Shown one piece after another: positions 1 to 11,509 of a stretch of 64,000 nt of DNA. Under the pieces are notes generated by a model that was not told where the DNA came from, made no database searches, and worked only from the letters and a program-made list of their open reading frames with translations. This DNA is from Vermamoeba vermiformis (taxonomy: Eukaryota): the NCBI GenBank assembly GCA_045837725.1, contig JBEWZL010000109.1, forward strand, positions 1-64,000, in the 5' to 3' direction. The translations under genes were made by a program, and so were the position numbers. The first letter of the stretch is position 1, and each line of letters opens with the position of its first letter.

Positions 1-150
1 TAACAAAACTCGTGTTTATTGCCACGTAGGCAATAAATCACGTGACTCAGCGCACAAAACCGATTCGAACGCTGTTTTATTCGTTCTTTTATTATTTTAC
101 TACAATAAACACATATTTTACCCCTTAACCAAACTCTTGGTTTTGTTACA
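1..150 (+). repeat. 5' LTR (initial TG lies outside the window)
   Basis: Exact match to 1185-1334; ends in TTTTGTTACA. Confidence 0.95.
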
Positions 151-151
151 T

Positions 152-169
152 TGGTTCCGATAACCGGAT
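152..169 (+). promoter_or_regulatory. Primer-binding site complementary to a tRNA 3' end
   Basis: TGGTTCCGATAACCGGAT lies 1 nt after the LTR. Its reverse complement AT-CCGGT-TATCGGA-A-CCA has the layout T-loop end, T-stem, acceptor stem, discriminator, CCA. Confidence 0.85.
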
Positions 170-199
170 CGAATGCTAACGAGCAGCTCTTCGAACTAA

Positions 200-1147
200 A
201 TGGCTTACAGTTTGGACTTGCGCCTTTTAGATATTCTGCACAACGCCCTTCAACAGTGCCGCTCCCTCTTGGAAACGGATCTCTTATTTTTGGCCCGAGA
301 TGCGAATCCAAAAACGCGAAAAGTTTACTCCAACGCTCTCAACGAGGTAAACTTTTTGGCCGCTGATTTAAGCAACTTGCAGAGTCTTGAGTACGAGGAT
401 TTTAAGCACCTCATTCTCATGATCCACTGCGAAGTTATTTGGATCAACGAAATTTATCGTCTCTCTTTTGGCAAACGCTCTAGCCTTGCTCTACCATCCA
501 TGGCTTATTTATTGGACTTAACTTGGACCTCAGATCCAGCGGAACACGAAAGTGAACTCACTCCTGCATCTGATGACGTCACCATCAAGAACGCGGATTC
601 AGGAGAATCCTCTTCTCTCGTAGAGGAGGAAGAGAGTTGCTTGTTGCCTTCGACGTTGCCTTCCATCGACAACAGCCCGGATCTTGGATCAAAACAAATC
701 CGCACCTCACTTCAATTTTCCTTGGGTTCCAGCCATTCCGCCACCGCCACGAACTCCTCAAGTCCCGTCATACCTTCGCAGGTATATGCCCTCGATTGCT
801 CTGCACATGGAGATAGAAACGGATTTGGATCTTCGACAAATCCACTTCTTGCTGACTACGATCTCGTCACAACTCCACGAAATAGGCCTCCAGCTCCCCA
901 GAGCCATTCTTTGTCAACAACCAAACAGGTGTTCAACGTCTGGTCGCCTCACAGCTTACGAAATGGTGCTCCGATCCAAAGCGGAACAGATCCACCGCCC
1001 GCAACCCCGCATAAAGAGTCATTATATCGCTCCTGCTACTCCCTGCTCTCCTGTAATCAGCACACGACCCTGGTTGCTGACACTGCTCTACATCGCCTTC
1101 TAGCGACGATCGAGCCTCCCGAACCGCCAGATCCTGCAATGTTATGA
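200..1147 (+). CDS. Orphan 315-aa ORF of the LTR element (helical N-terminus, Ser/Pro-rich remainder)
   Basis: Intronless open frame filling the internal domain from just after the PBS to just before the PPT; no recognisable Gag zinc knuckle or Pol motifs. Confidence 0.7.
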   Translation: MAYSLDLRLLDILHNALQQCRSLLETDLLFLARDANPKTRKVYSNALNEVNFLAADLSNLQSLEYEDFKHLILMIHCEVIWINEIYRLSFGKRSSLALPSMAYLLDLTWTSDPAEHESELTPASDDVTIKNADSGESSSLVEEEESCLLPSTLPSIDNSPDLGSKQIRTSLQFSLGSSHSATATNSSSPVIPSQVYALDCSAHGDRNGFGSSTNPLLADYDLVTTPRNRPPAPQSHSLSTTKQVFNVWSPHSLRNGAPIQSGTDPPPATPHKESLYRSCYSLLSCNQHTTLVADTALHRLLATIEPPEPPDPAML

Positions 1148-1170
1148 GTCAGGAGACTCATCTTCTCATT

Positions 1171-1180
1171 AGGGGGAAGA
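1171..1180 (+). promoter_or_regulatory. Polypurine tract
   Basis: AGGGGGAAGA ends 2 nt before the TG of the 3' LTR. Confidence 0.85.
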
Positions 1181-1182
1181 TA

Positions 1183-1334
1183 TGTAACAAAACTCGTGTT
1201 TATTGCCACGTAGGCAATAAATCACGTGACTCAGCGCACAAAACCGATTCGAACGCTGTTTTATTCGTTCTTTTATTATTTTACTACAATAAACACATAT
1301 TTTACCCCTTAACCAAACTCTTGGTTTTGTTACA
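1183..1334 (+). repeat. 3' LTR, 152 bp
   Basis: TG...CA termini with a 10-bp terminal inverted repeat; contains AATAAA, CACGTG and TGACTCA. Confidence 0.95.
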
Positions 1335-1447
1335 GGTCATATTTGTTATTGTGTCACGGAAGACAGAAAAGACAACAAAGGATCGACAGTTGTTGCAGAT
1401 CGAGCTTTGTGGATTTCAGAAGATCTTGTCTCAGTTGATTGTCCACC

Positions 1448-4400
1448 ATGAGTTCGGCGCACGATCAACTAAAAATTATATTAAAAAAGAATGTGTGGCT
1501 TCAAAAGCGCAGCCCTTGCGGCCTGGTCTGCAACTTGTTGCTTCCCATCATTTTGGTATGTAATTATTGATGAGTAATCCTTAAAATATTATTTAATTTC
1601 CAATTTGGCATGGAAGCGTCATACTATGCATTAATAATTTTATCTTATTATTGATAAAAAATCTTCGTGATACCAATGACAGATCTGATCGTGTTGCTAT
1701 TTAGGGAGCTTTAGCCGGTGTTATTTTCCGATTTGGCTTTATGATGATTTACGACGTTAGTAATCCAGCAATTTCTGCAAGCAACCCTTCAAAGCTAACC
1801 GGATTCTCTACTTCCATGGGCTTCGCCAACTGCATGCTTCAATATAACACCTCAAGTTGTTTTATTGGAGCTACTATTGCAAATGGCTCAACAATAACAA
1901 ATCTAAATGCGATTGTCAATCAAACTACTCAGAATCTGGTTCTCAACGATCCCATTAGCGTTTTCTTTGGGTCTGCAAACTATAAGCTCTACGCAAGTCC
2001 AGAGGAGCTACAAAAAGATTATTTAGCTGTTCAAGGAAGAATGTGGAGCGGTAAGAACCCCTGAGCTATCGTTTCTTTTTGCCACATCCACTAATTTATT
2101 GACAGCCATCGAGTTCTCCGGCACTGACAACCAGCTTCAATACACTATTCGCTTCAATGATAGTGTGCTGCCGTCTGAGTACAAGCCCTGCACTATTAGC
2201 CTTCAAACGGGCGAGTATTATGATAGGTCAGGTTATTTGGCAGTTCAGATCGCTGTCGAACAAGCACTTATGAAACATTATGTGGAATCTCATGGCTTGA
2301 CCTTTGTCAAACCTAAGCTTGATTTGCATTATTCGGCTATTACAAGCATTTCTAGCGATACAAATAACATCGTGATCTGCTTCTTGCCAAGTTCAGCAGC
2401 ATTTTTCATGACCTTCGCATTTTTGTCTATTGCCATCGTTACCACGAATCGTAAGTACTAGGCTCCTCCTACAAAATATTAGACCTCGACGAGTACTAAC
2501 GTATGATGTTGTAGAGTTGCTTCGTGAGAAACAGTCGCGCATGAAAGAATTCATGAAAATGATGGGCTTGCGCGAGTCAATTTACTGGCTTAGTTGGTTG
2601 ATCACTTACCTCGTGCCAATTACTCTCGCGTCCATTATGATCACAGTGATCATCTACAGCATCAACGCCAAGTATTTCCTCTCGAACCCGATCATGCTGT
2701 TCTTATTGGTCTTCTTGTTTGGCACATCCATCACGACTTTTGGATTTTTCCTCGCATCAGTGCTCAAGTCTACTAAAGTCGCCACGACATTCACCGTGCT
2801 CTACTTCTACCTGATCAGTCAGGTCTCGTACTTCTTGAAAGACACTCCTCGGTGGATCCGCATTTTGAGCTCACTGCTGTCACCTTTGGCCTATCAATTC
2901 GGCATTAACGAGTATGGTGCCGCAGAGTTCAGAGGGTCTGGTGTCTCACCTTCAAACGCATTCGAAACTGGCGACTTCAGCTTCGGCGCTGCTCTTATCA
3001 TGCTTGCTGTTGACACGTTGTTTTACTCGTTCTTGGCTTGGTACTTCAGCAATGTTTTGCCGGGTGACTTTGGCATTAGAAAGCCCGCGCACTTCTTGTT
3101 CACTCGCTCCTACTGGGCTCCTAAACACGACCGAGAGCTCTTGCACGATGAAGATGCTTCAAACTTGATGGCCTCGGCTGAAGACCACGACTCTGCCAAC
3201 TTCGAAGCGGTCTCTGCTGACATGCAAGACAGAGTTGGTGTCTCGATTCACGGCTTGACAAAATTGTTCCGTGATCCCAACGAGAAGACTATCACTGCCG
3301 CTGTCAACAACATGTCACTCGATATGTATAAGGGTCAGATTTTGTCGCTCTTGGGGTAAGTCTACTGATCGTAGTGTTACCTTAGTACTAACTTATTGTA
3401 GTCACAACGGAGCTGGTAAGAGTACTACTGTGTCAATCTTGACTGGTCTCTATCCTCCTACTTCTGGTCACGCCTACATCAACGGTCTCGACATCTCGCA
3501 GAAGATGGATGAAATTAGACGTCACATGGGCTTGTGTCCTCAACAAGACTTGCTCTTTGATGAACTTACCGGCAAAGAACATTTATTGATCTTCGGTCGA
3601 TTGCGCGGTATTCCTGCTCGTCAATTGGAACGCGATGTTGCTGAGGCTTTAAGAGTACGTTAATTTTTGATATTATTCGTGAAAGCAATTGCTAATCAAA
3701 CATAGGACGTCGAATTGGAGGACAAACAAAACACTCTCGTCAAGAACTACAGCGGTGGTATGAAGCGAAGACTCAACGTAGCTATTTCGTTGTTAGGTGA
3801 TGCTCGAGGTACGTCAATTCTACGCATTATTTCAACGAGCCTATTGAACTAACGCGATATAATTAGTCGTCTTCTTGGACGAGCCGACATCTGGTCTCGA
3901 TCCTGTGTCTCGCCGTGGCTTGTGGAACTTGTTGAAGCAAAAGAAAGAAGGCCGAACTATCATCCTCACAACGCACTTTATGGAAGAAGCTGACATCTTA
4001 GGTGATCGTATTGCGATTATGGCTAATGGTAAAGTCAAGTGCTGTGGCAGTCCTTTGTTCTTGAAGAACAGATTTGGCATTGGCTATTACTTGACCCTCG
4101 CTAAGAACGAGACTGCACACGACGACAAGGCGATTGAAAGCCTCGTACAAGGTACGTTAAATATATCTTAGATTACACTAGGAGGCACCTATAATGTTAT
4201 TACTTTACAGAGGTTATCACCGACGCTACTGTGGCTAGCGAGACAGACAACGAAATCGTCATGCTTTTGCCCTTGCACACCGTCAAGTTGTTCCCTACTT
4301 TGTTGCGCCGCATTGAAGAAGAAATCAACACAGGGTATGTATTATTCATAAGGTCGCCTAGTGTATCTTCTAACACGAGTTAATTAGCAAAACTCTTGGT

Positions 4401-7400
4401 ATTGAAGGCTACGGCATTTCGATGACTTCACTCGAGGACGTGTTTTTGAAGATCACGCACGAAGACTACGAAGCACGCCACGAAGGCAAGAAGAAAGGAA
4501 CATTCACATTGCACGTCCGTGACGCAGAAAAAGAAGAGGAAGAGCGCCGCAAAGAGTTCAATCAAAAGCTTGGTGTCGTCGAGTTGTCCGCGTACAGACC
4601 TAAAGACGCTGAGATGTCGGAGTTGTTGCATCGATCTGCCCCTAAGACTAAGCAATTCAAAGTCTTGTTGAAGAAGCGCGTCATCAACGACAAACGTAAC
4701 TGGAAAGCATCGCTGTTGTTCATTTTGTTGCCTTCGTTGTTCATCACCATTACTCTAGGCTTGAGCAAGGTACCAAAAAACATAATGACCATTAGTTATA
4801 GTAGTACTAATTGGTATTATTTAGATGCAAGCTCAAACTAACGTCATCAATACCGCAACTGCTGGATCCAACTTTGCGAAAGTGCCCATTAATTACCAGT
4901 CATGGTTTCCTTTCTCCGTTCCTTACACTACTTACGTCAATAACAATGCTCCCGATGGCAACAACCTTCAACCGTAAGCCAACTAAAATATTTTTATTTT
5001 TTGGATTCGCTAACAGATCTTCCTCCTAGTTTGTCTGTATCACTCGATCCCTTATGGAGTCAGTTCAAAGATATTCCTAAAGATGATTTAGAGTTTATTG
5101 AATACCCCAACGCTACTGCAATGGAAGAACATATGATGTAGTGGACTCAGAGTCGTTCGTTAGATTTTGCCACGTGGCGCCAACACCGTGGAGGCTTTGA
5201 ATTCTACAATGTGAATTACACGACAAATTCATACGGATTCTACTTGCCCGTTAATATGACGGAAACTACTTCCCTTCCTACTTTAGTCAATTTATTCAAC
5301 AACGCTTTGTTGTCCAAAATGCTCGCTGATGGCGGAGTTCAAGGCAATGTGGCACTACTGAATATGTCTAGTCACCCCTTAGACTCAACTGGCTACGTTG
5401 GTTGGGGCATCAACATCTCGGATCCGACTCAAAGTATCGGCAACACCCTCTATTTCATCGTCGCGTTCTTCTTTGGTTTTTGCATTATTGGCGGCATCTT
5501 AGGCAAAGCTGTAGTAGTCGACAAGGAGTTCCAAATCCGCTTGCAGATGAACTTGATGGGTGTCGACAAGCCGACTTACTGGTTCAGCACTTACCTCGTG
5601 GACTTCATCATGATTTTCATTGCTGGTTCAGTGATGGCCGGCATTGCTGCTGCATTCCAAGGTAGCTATTCGATCATACACAAGCTATTTAATAACCACA
5701 CTAACACCTCCTATTAGTTCCCATGTTCATTACTCCTGTCGGTTTGCAAGCCTACTTTGTGTTGTTGCTTTTGTTGTCTTTGTCATTTGCCGTGTCAAAC
5801 TACATTATTGGCTCGTGGTTCAGCAAATCAGAAGATTGTCTCAGTACGTTATATTATTACTATGACACGTGTCAATTGTCGAGATACTAACCCTTAATTC
5901 TTAGAATGGATTATCATTTTGAACTTTGCTTCAGTTGCCTTGCCAATCATGTTGCGATTGATCATTCAAATTATCGCCGGAAGAGTCAGTCCTAACGCCT
6001 ACGACTTCGTTAACAATATCACGAGCTACCTTCCCGACTTGTTCCCGCTCTCTAGCTTGTCTTTGTTGTTATACGACATTTTGTCTATTAAGACCAAGGA
6101 CTGGGCCACGACCACTTGGGATAACCTTTTGGATCCGACCGTGGCTGACACGAAGAAGAAATTTATCGCGTTGGGAATCCAAACTGTTGTCTTCTGGGTC
6201 ATTTTATTCGTCATTGATTACTTCGTAAGAATACTACTCTGATTTTGACATTTGACACGTGTCACTAATTGTACGACAGGCAATGAAAATCAGACGCCAT
6301 TCCCGTCCTCCAGCCCAACCTCAATACTACGAGCCTGAAGATAACGACGTTACTCGCGAGAAGCAACGTATGGCCAATCACCACGAGCTCAGCGATCCTA
6401 TCAAGGCTGTTGATGTCTACAAGAGCTTCGGCAAAAATCAACACGCCGTGCGTGGCATTAGCTTCGGAGTTACAAAGGGAGAATGCTTCGGCTTGTTGGG
6501 TCCTAACGGTGCTGGCAAAACAACGACAATGTCAATGTTGACAGCACAATTGGGTCCGAGCTTTGGTGAAATCTTATTGGCTGAAAACTCAATCTACAAC
6601 AGTGACCTGCACACATTGTACCGCAAAGCCCAGATCGGCTACTGTTTGCAATCCAATCAAGCGCTGTCACCCTACTTGACCGTGCGCGAACACTTGGAGC
6701 TCTACTTGGGTCTGCGCAGCAACTTCACTGAACACCAAATGAAGGCCAAGATTGACGAGATGATCGAGCGCATGGACTTGGAGCAGTACACGAACAGAAT
6801 GGCAAAGAATTTGAGCGGTGGTAACAAGCGAAAACTGTCGGTGGCCGTGGCTATGTTGACTGGCTACAAGATTGTCTTCATGGACGAACCCAGCACTGGT
6901 ATGGACCCTGGTGCTCGTCGATCCTTGTGGAGTGTCATCACCGAGGCTAAAGGCGACACCGTCGAGCCTAAATGCATTGTCTTGACCACGCACTCTATGG
7001 AGGAAGCCGAGGCCGTTTGCAACAGAATTGGTAAGGGTGAAATTTCATTTGACACGTGTCACTCGACTAATTGGGTTTTCAGGTATTATGGTTAAAGGCA
7101 AGATGCGCTGCTTGGGATCCAATCAACACTTGAAGAACAAGTTCGGCAGCGGCTACAGATTAGTTTTGAACATTAAGGAAGAGTTTGCTGGTCACGTGCA
7201 ATCATTTGTTGCACAGCTCTTCCCTGGATCCGTCTTGCTCGAAGCAGGTAAGCAATCGAACTAGTACCATCTTACGATCAATTTAATTTACTAGGGACCT
7301 GTGTGTAGCATATACTAATGCGGTTAATTTTTAGTTGAAGGATTCCGTACTTATGACGTCGGAAGAATCGAAGGCAGATTGTCAATGTTCTTCGAAGAAA

Positions 7401-7501
7401 TTGAAAAGTACAAGGACTCAGTTGGCATTAATAACTACTCAATGTCTCAGACGAGCTTGGAACAAGTTTTCTTGCACTTAGCTAAGCAGCAAGACAACTA
7501 A
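1448..7501 (+). CDS. ABC transporter subfamily A, full-size (2 TMD + 2 NBD), multi-exon; contains an in-frame TAG at 5139-5141
   Basis: N-terminus [30 protein letters not shown]; Walker [10 protein letters not shown] and GPNGAGKTT; signatures YSGGMKRRL and [18 protein letters not shown] and [10 protein letters not shown]-terminal QTSLEQVF. Confidence 0.93.
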
Positions 7502-7571
7502 CTTTAGAAATAAACAGCTGTCTTATTTTCAATGATTTATTGAAAAAATTGCACTTCGATATTGATTTAAA

Positions 7572-9016
7572 TTAGGAAGCGATGAAGTTGAGTGACCAGA
7601 TCCAGAACATATTTTCAGCTGCGCCTAAAACCTGAGCCAACTTGTTGATGTTGGCATTAACAACAGCATTGCCAGTAGCACTTCAAATACAATAGCGTTA
7701 ATATCAAATATCATACCTTTAAACTTACGTGTTCAAAATGAGCAATTGAGAATTGCCTTCAGCATCACCAGAAGCAGTTGCCAAAGTAGATCCATCGAGC
7801 GAAAAGCTGCTGCACCAAGGCGCCTCCTAGTGACACGTTAAGATATGATAGATATTATACTAGGCAAGTACTTACGTGAATGATAATGTTTTGAGCCAAA
7901 CAAGCTGAGACAGTGGCAGTAGCGGTGTTGAGATTGACGGATCCAAACAGGAAGTTGTTGTCAGGGCCAGTGTGACACATCTGCTCTGTGCCCTCCATGA
8001 ATGTCAGCACGTTGTTGCCATTGCCGAGAGGTCCGTAACGGTAAGCAGTCCAATCTGGTGTGTACACTGCACTGCGCAAGGCACCCGTGGTAGCATCGAT
8101 GTTGAGCAGACACAGATCTGCCTCACTAGGACCACATGTCTCGTTAATAGGTCTCAAATCAAATGAAACTTGTGCCCAGAATGTGTTGGTCTTAGGGTCA
8201 TATACGTGACTGTCATCCATCACAGCCTGAAAAATAGATCCGTTAGATCCAGCAGATCTCGGGATCTAAAATTCAATGAGATTACCTTAAATGGCAACAG
8301 ATTTAACACCTTCGAATTGCCAGTGGCAAGGTCTAGCTCGGCCAACTCAAAGCAGCCATAGCTGCACCATTGGGGAGTGTTGGCCACGGTGCCAGAGAGG
8401 CCGCGAACACGGCTCTTACCAACATAAGCCATATTGTAAAAGCCAGTAAAGAACGGATCTGTTGGCGTAATGTAACTCGTTGATGCATCAGTGAGCGATA
8501 ATGTAACAAGTCCGCCGAATAATTCAGTGAAGTCAAGCAATAATTCCTAAGTGGACCGTTAGCAGGTCGGATGGGACCGTAGTTTAAGTCAATAGGCACT
8601 ACGTACTGATTTTTGATAATTAAATGCGAGCGTTGGGTCGTCTAGAGCAATGCAGCCTTGCGATGAAACTTCTTGCGGCCAATCGAACACTTGCAATACT
8701 GTAAGGCCTCCAGTTTTCGGATCAACCTAAAATAATAATTAAAATTATTCCGCAACGATAATCATGCAATAGAAAGCATTTGATATTCCATGGGCTTCTG
8801 GTAAAGATAGATCCACCTTATAAATTTTTTTGGCTTACCTGAACGAGAGCGCCTTTGCTAGAGAAGTCTGTAGGGCAAAATGCAACAGTCATAATTAACT
8901 ATATTAAATTTTAAGGTTAATGTTTGATTACGGGATCCCTGACCGTTTTATTTTACCTTCTCGCATTGGATGGCGCCAATAATGGCTAACAATGCCATGC
9001 AGACCAGCTTGTGCAT
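7572..9016 (-). CDS. Secreted protein of unknown function, probably beta-rich, multi-exon
   Basis: Signal peptide MHKLVCMALLAIIGAIQC; consecutive minus-strand exons (ORFs 8220-8540 and 7855-8223) ending MFWIWSLNFIAS-stop. Confidence 0.7.
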
Positions 9017-9125
9017 TGTGTTAGATATCAAAGTGCTTTGGGTAGTGGTCGTTAGTGGATGGAGAAAAAGATAAATAGTGGTACTTCGATCAGTTGTAGA
9101 ATGCAAAATGCTGATTATCGGGTAT

Positions 9126-9166
9126 AATGTACAATCAGAATGTACAATCAGAATGTACAATCAGAA
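9126..9166. repeat. Tandem repeat, 3 x AATGTACAATCAG
   Basis: Perfect 13-bp copies at 9126, 9139 and 9152. Confidence 0.9.
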
Positions 9167-9508
9167 GTGGAAGCTCGCACGGAAGTTACCTACGAAAGTT
9201 CCCGCTGCAGTGCAACTTTGAAATAGCAAAAAAACACCTCCGTTCGAGCTAGAACAAGTGGATAGTAGTGTACACTGTACCCCTCCACTGCTAGTGGATC
9301 CACTTGTTTCAGCTGCGAAGAAGTGCGAGGAAGCTCGGCGGAACAAGTCGGTAACAACTTGCTACCAACTTGGTACCAAAAATAGCAACTTCGCAAAAAA
9401 GTAAATTTTTTAAATTACCATAGAGCACTTTAATTTTTTTATTTTATTCAATACGACGCAGGTTGACACCAATAAGTGTATTCCATTAATTAGTATTATT
9501 CATTTAAT

Positions 9509-10049
9509 TTAAGCGCTCTTCTTCTTGGCGCTAGCAGTGCGAGAGAAAAGAGCTCCGAGAAGGAAAAGCACGGCGAGAAGAGTGTGAGCGCCGAGGACGG
9601 GACCTACTTCTTGGAGGATCTTAGGATTGGCTTGCGCCTTAAGACCCAAAGTAATGGCTACGGGGACGTGATAGGCCAACAAAGCCAAACCGAGGGCCTT
9701 CTTGGAGCCGGTGGATGTACCAAACAGCAAGGCGAGAAGAGACGAGGCACCTATACATTATCAATGTATTATGTAGTGCATCAGGAATATTTGTCAGATT
9801 ATTTTAATTAATTAATTTAGGCATCCAAAAATTGACATCTTTCGAAACCTGACAGATCCAACCGAGTTAGGGACAGGATTACATACCGATAGCAAGAACA
9901 CCGAAGGCGAGGATGGAGATTATCTCGAGAAAAGCGGCATTACCAGCAGCTAAAGGAAATAACGCCGCGGGCTGGGTCAAAAACATTGCACCAGCGCCGA
10001 TTTCAACGACAGCGTTCAAGAAGTGAGCCAATCCGATAATAGAGACCAT
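9509..10049 (-). CDS. Small 4-TM membrane protein, 2 exons
   Basis: MVSIIGLAHFLNAVVEIGAGAMF joined to the hydrophobic exon ending ASAKKKSA; KKxx-like tail. Confidence 0.75.
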
Positions 10050-10242
10050 TGTGGTTATTTGAAAGTTATATACTGGTAAATACACAAACGGAAACAATAA
10101 TTTTACGACGGAGACACCTGTCTTCCGTGCCTGTCAAAGTGTAACGTTGTAGATCTACTTCTGCCGTTATGCGTGCGAATTATCGCTCGTTGAGTAGTAT
10201 TTATTTACATAGTATTATTAAGGTATTCAAACATTATATTCG

Positions 10243-11171
10243 TTAGAGCTTGGCCAGGAATTTGTTGATTTCCTCCAGCAATCGTTCTGGCTGATCCACT
10301 GGCGTTACATGGCCCGAATTCTCCATAATTAAGAATTCTATCTTATCCAAACCTTCTACTAACCCGCGAATAAGCTTCGCTGGGGCAATATTATCCGCAG
10401 ATCCGGCTATGAAAAGCGAAGGAACTTGGATTGAGGCTAAAGACTCGCTAACGTCTTCTCGATCGATTAAAACGCATTCAGCAGCTTTAACCATATCATT
10501 GTGGCTATTGAAATCGAGAATAGAGTCTACTAGTTGAGTTTTTAGCTCCGGATGTGCCTTGACGGTTTGCGGGCCAAGTAACGCTTGAACATTCTGACGC
10601 ACGAGGAATTTCGCAGCGCCAAATAACTTGTATAGATTGATTACGGTCTTGTACTTCATTCGATCGGTGCCTGAGTATGGCTTTATTGGCGGATTGCTAA
10701 TGATCTAAATAAGAAATTATTAATAATATAATCTCGAGCACATTTCGCAATACTAGAAAAAGAATGGAAATAAATGATTGTTTTTTTTTTTTGATTTTAG
10801 CGTACCATGGCTTCGATGTAAGTAGGGTGGTAGCGAGCTAACTGGATCGCAGCAAGACCGCCCCAAGAAGTACCGATAAGGATGCATTTCTTCTCCTCTA
10901 ACGTATCCAAAATTTCTTTGACTGCAACTGCGCTATCGGCCATTGAAAATTTCTTCGAGAAAGTGCTTTTGCCATGGCCTGGCGGATCGACCAAGATCAG
11001 TAAAGCGTTCTTATCGGATTGGCCCATTTCTTCTGCTACCTTGAGGTACATAGAATGATCGGTAAAGAGACTTGGCCAAAACAAAAAGCATCGATGCTGA
11101 TCTTTCGGATTAGCTCGTCGGATCTTGACGAAGAGCTTGCCGATAGACGTGTCGATGATTTGTTCTTCCAT
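10243..11171 (-). CDS. Alpha/beta hydrolase (3-oxoadipate enol-lactonase-like), 2 exons
   Basis: DPPGHGKS, nucleophile elbow GTSWGG, IAGSAD and catalytic His in SGH. Confidence 0.88.
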
Positions 11172-11509
11172 TTGAGGTATTGTGATCTTAAGTAACTATT
11201 GATAGTGCTAGCACATTTATAGGCGCCTTTGGTGTTCCGCTGAAGCTTCCGTTCCGCAAATCTGTTTCCGCGCAACACGAGTAACCGCTCCGTTAATTTA
11301 ACCAAAAATAGTAACAAGAGTATATTACCGTTGACAATATTGATTATTATACGATAAAACATTATTATTAGGCAGATCTTCAAAAGGTCGTTGATTAACA
11401 AAGTACTGTACATTTTTTTTTCGGTAGATCTAATTTGTAAAGAGAAAAATACTATTTACCGCTAAGTCAAAGAGCATTGTATATGTACATTATAGAACGA
11501 GACTCATCT

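Larger units (their letters stand above)
1..1334 (+). mobile_element. Miniature LTR retroelement (TRIM-like, non-autonomous) with a single internal ORF; 5' LTR cut by 2 bp at the window edge
   Basis: Bases 1-150 are identical to 1185-1334. The 3' copy reads TGTAACAAAA...TTTTGTTACA. A TGG-starting PBS follows the 5' LTR and a polypurine tract precedes the 3' LTR. No RT, integrase or protease motifs are visible. Confidence 0.92.

Noticed and set aside
200-520. MAYSLDL / MAYLLDL duplication in the element ORF
   Set aside because: Similarity is limited to about 20 nt and does not extend; insufficient for an internal repeat call.
1144-1563. 139-aa ORF spanning the 3' LTR
   Set aside because: Runs through PPT, LTR and the ABCA 5' region in a different frame from ABCA; no protein-like features.
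5139-5141. Genome-wide TAG reassignment (alternative genetic code)
   Set aside because: Long exons (e.g. 21563-23143, 62369-63895, actin) contain no in-frame TAG, and several genes end on TAG (11510, 23334, 26306).
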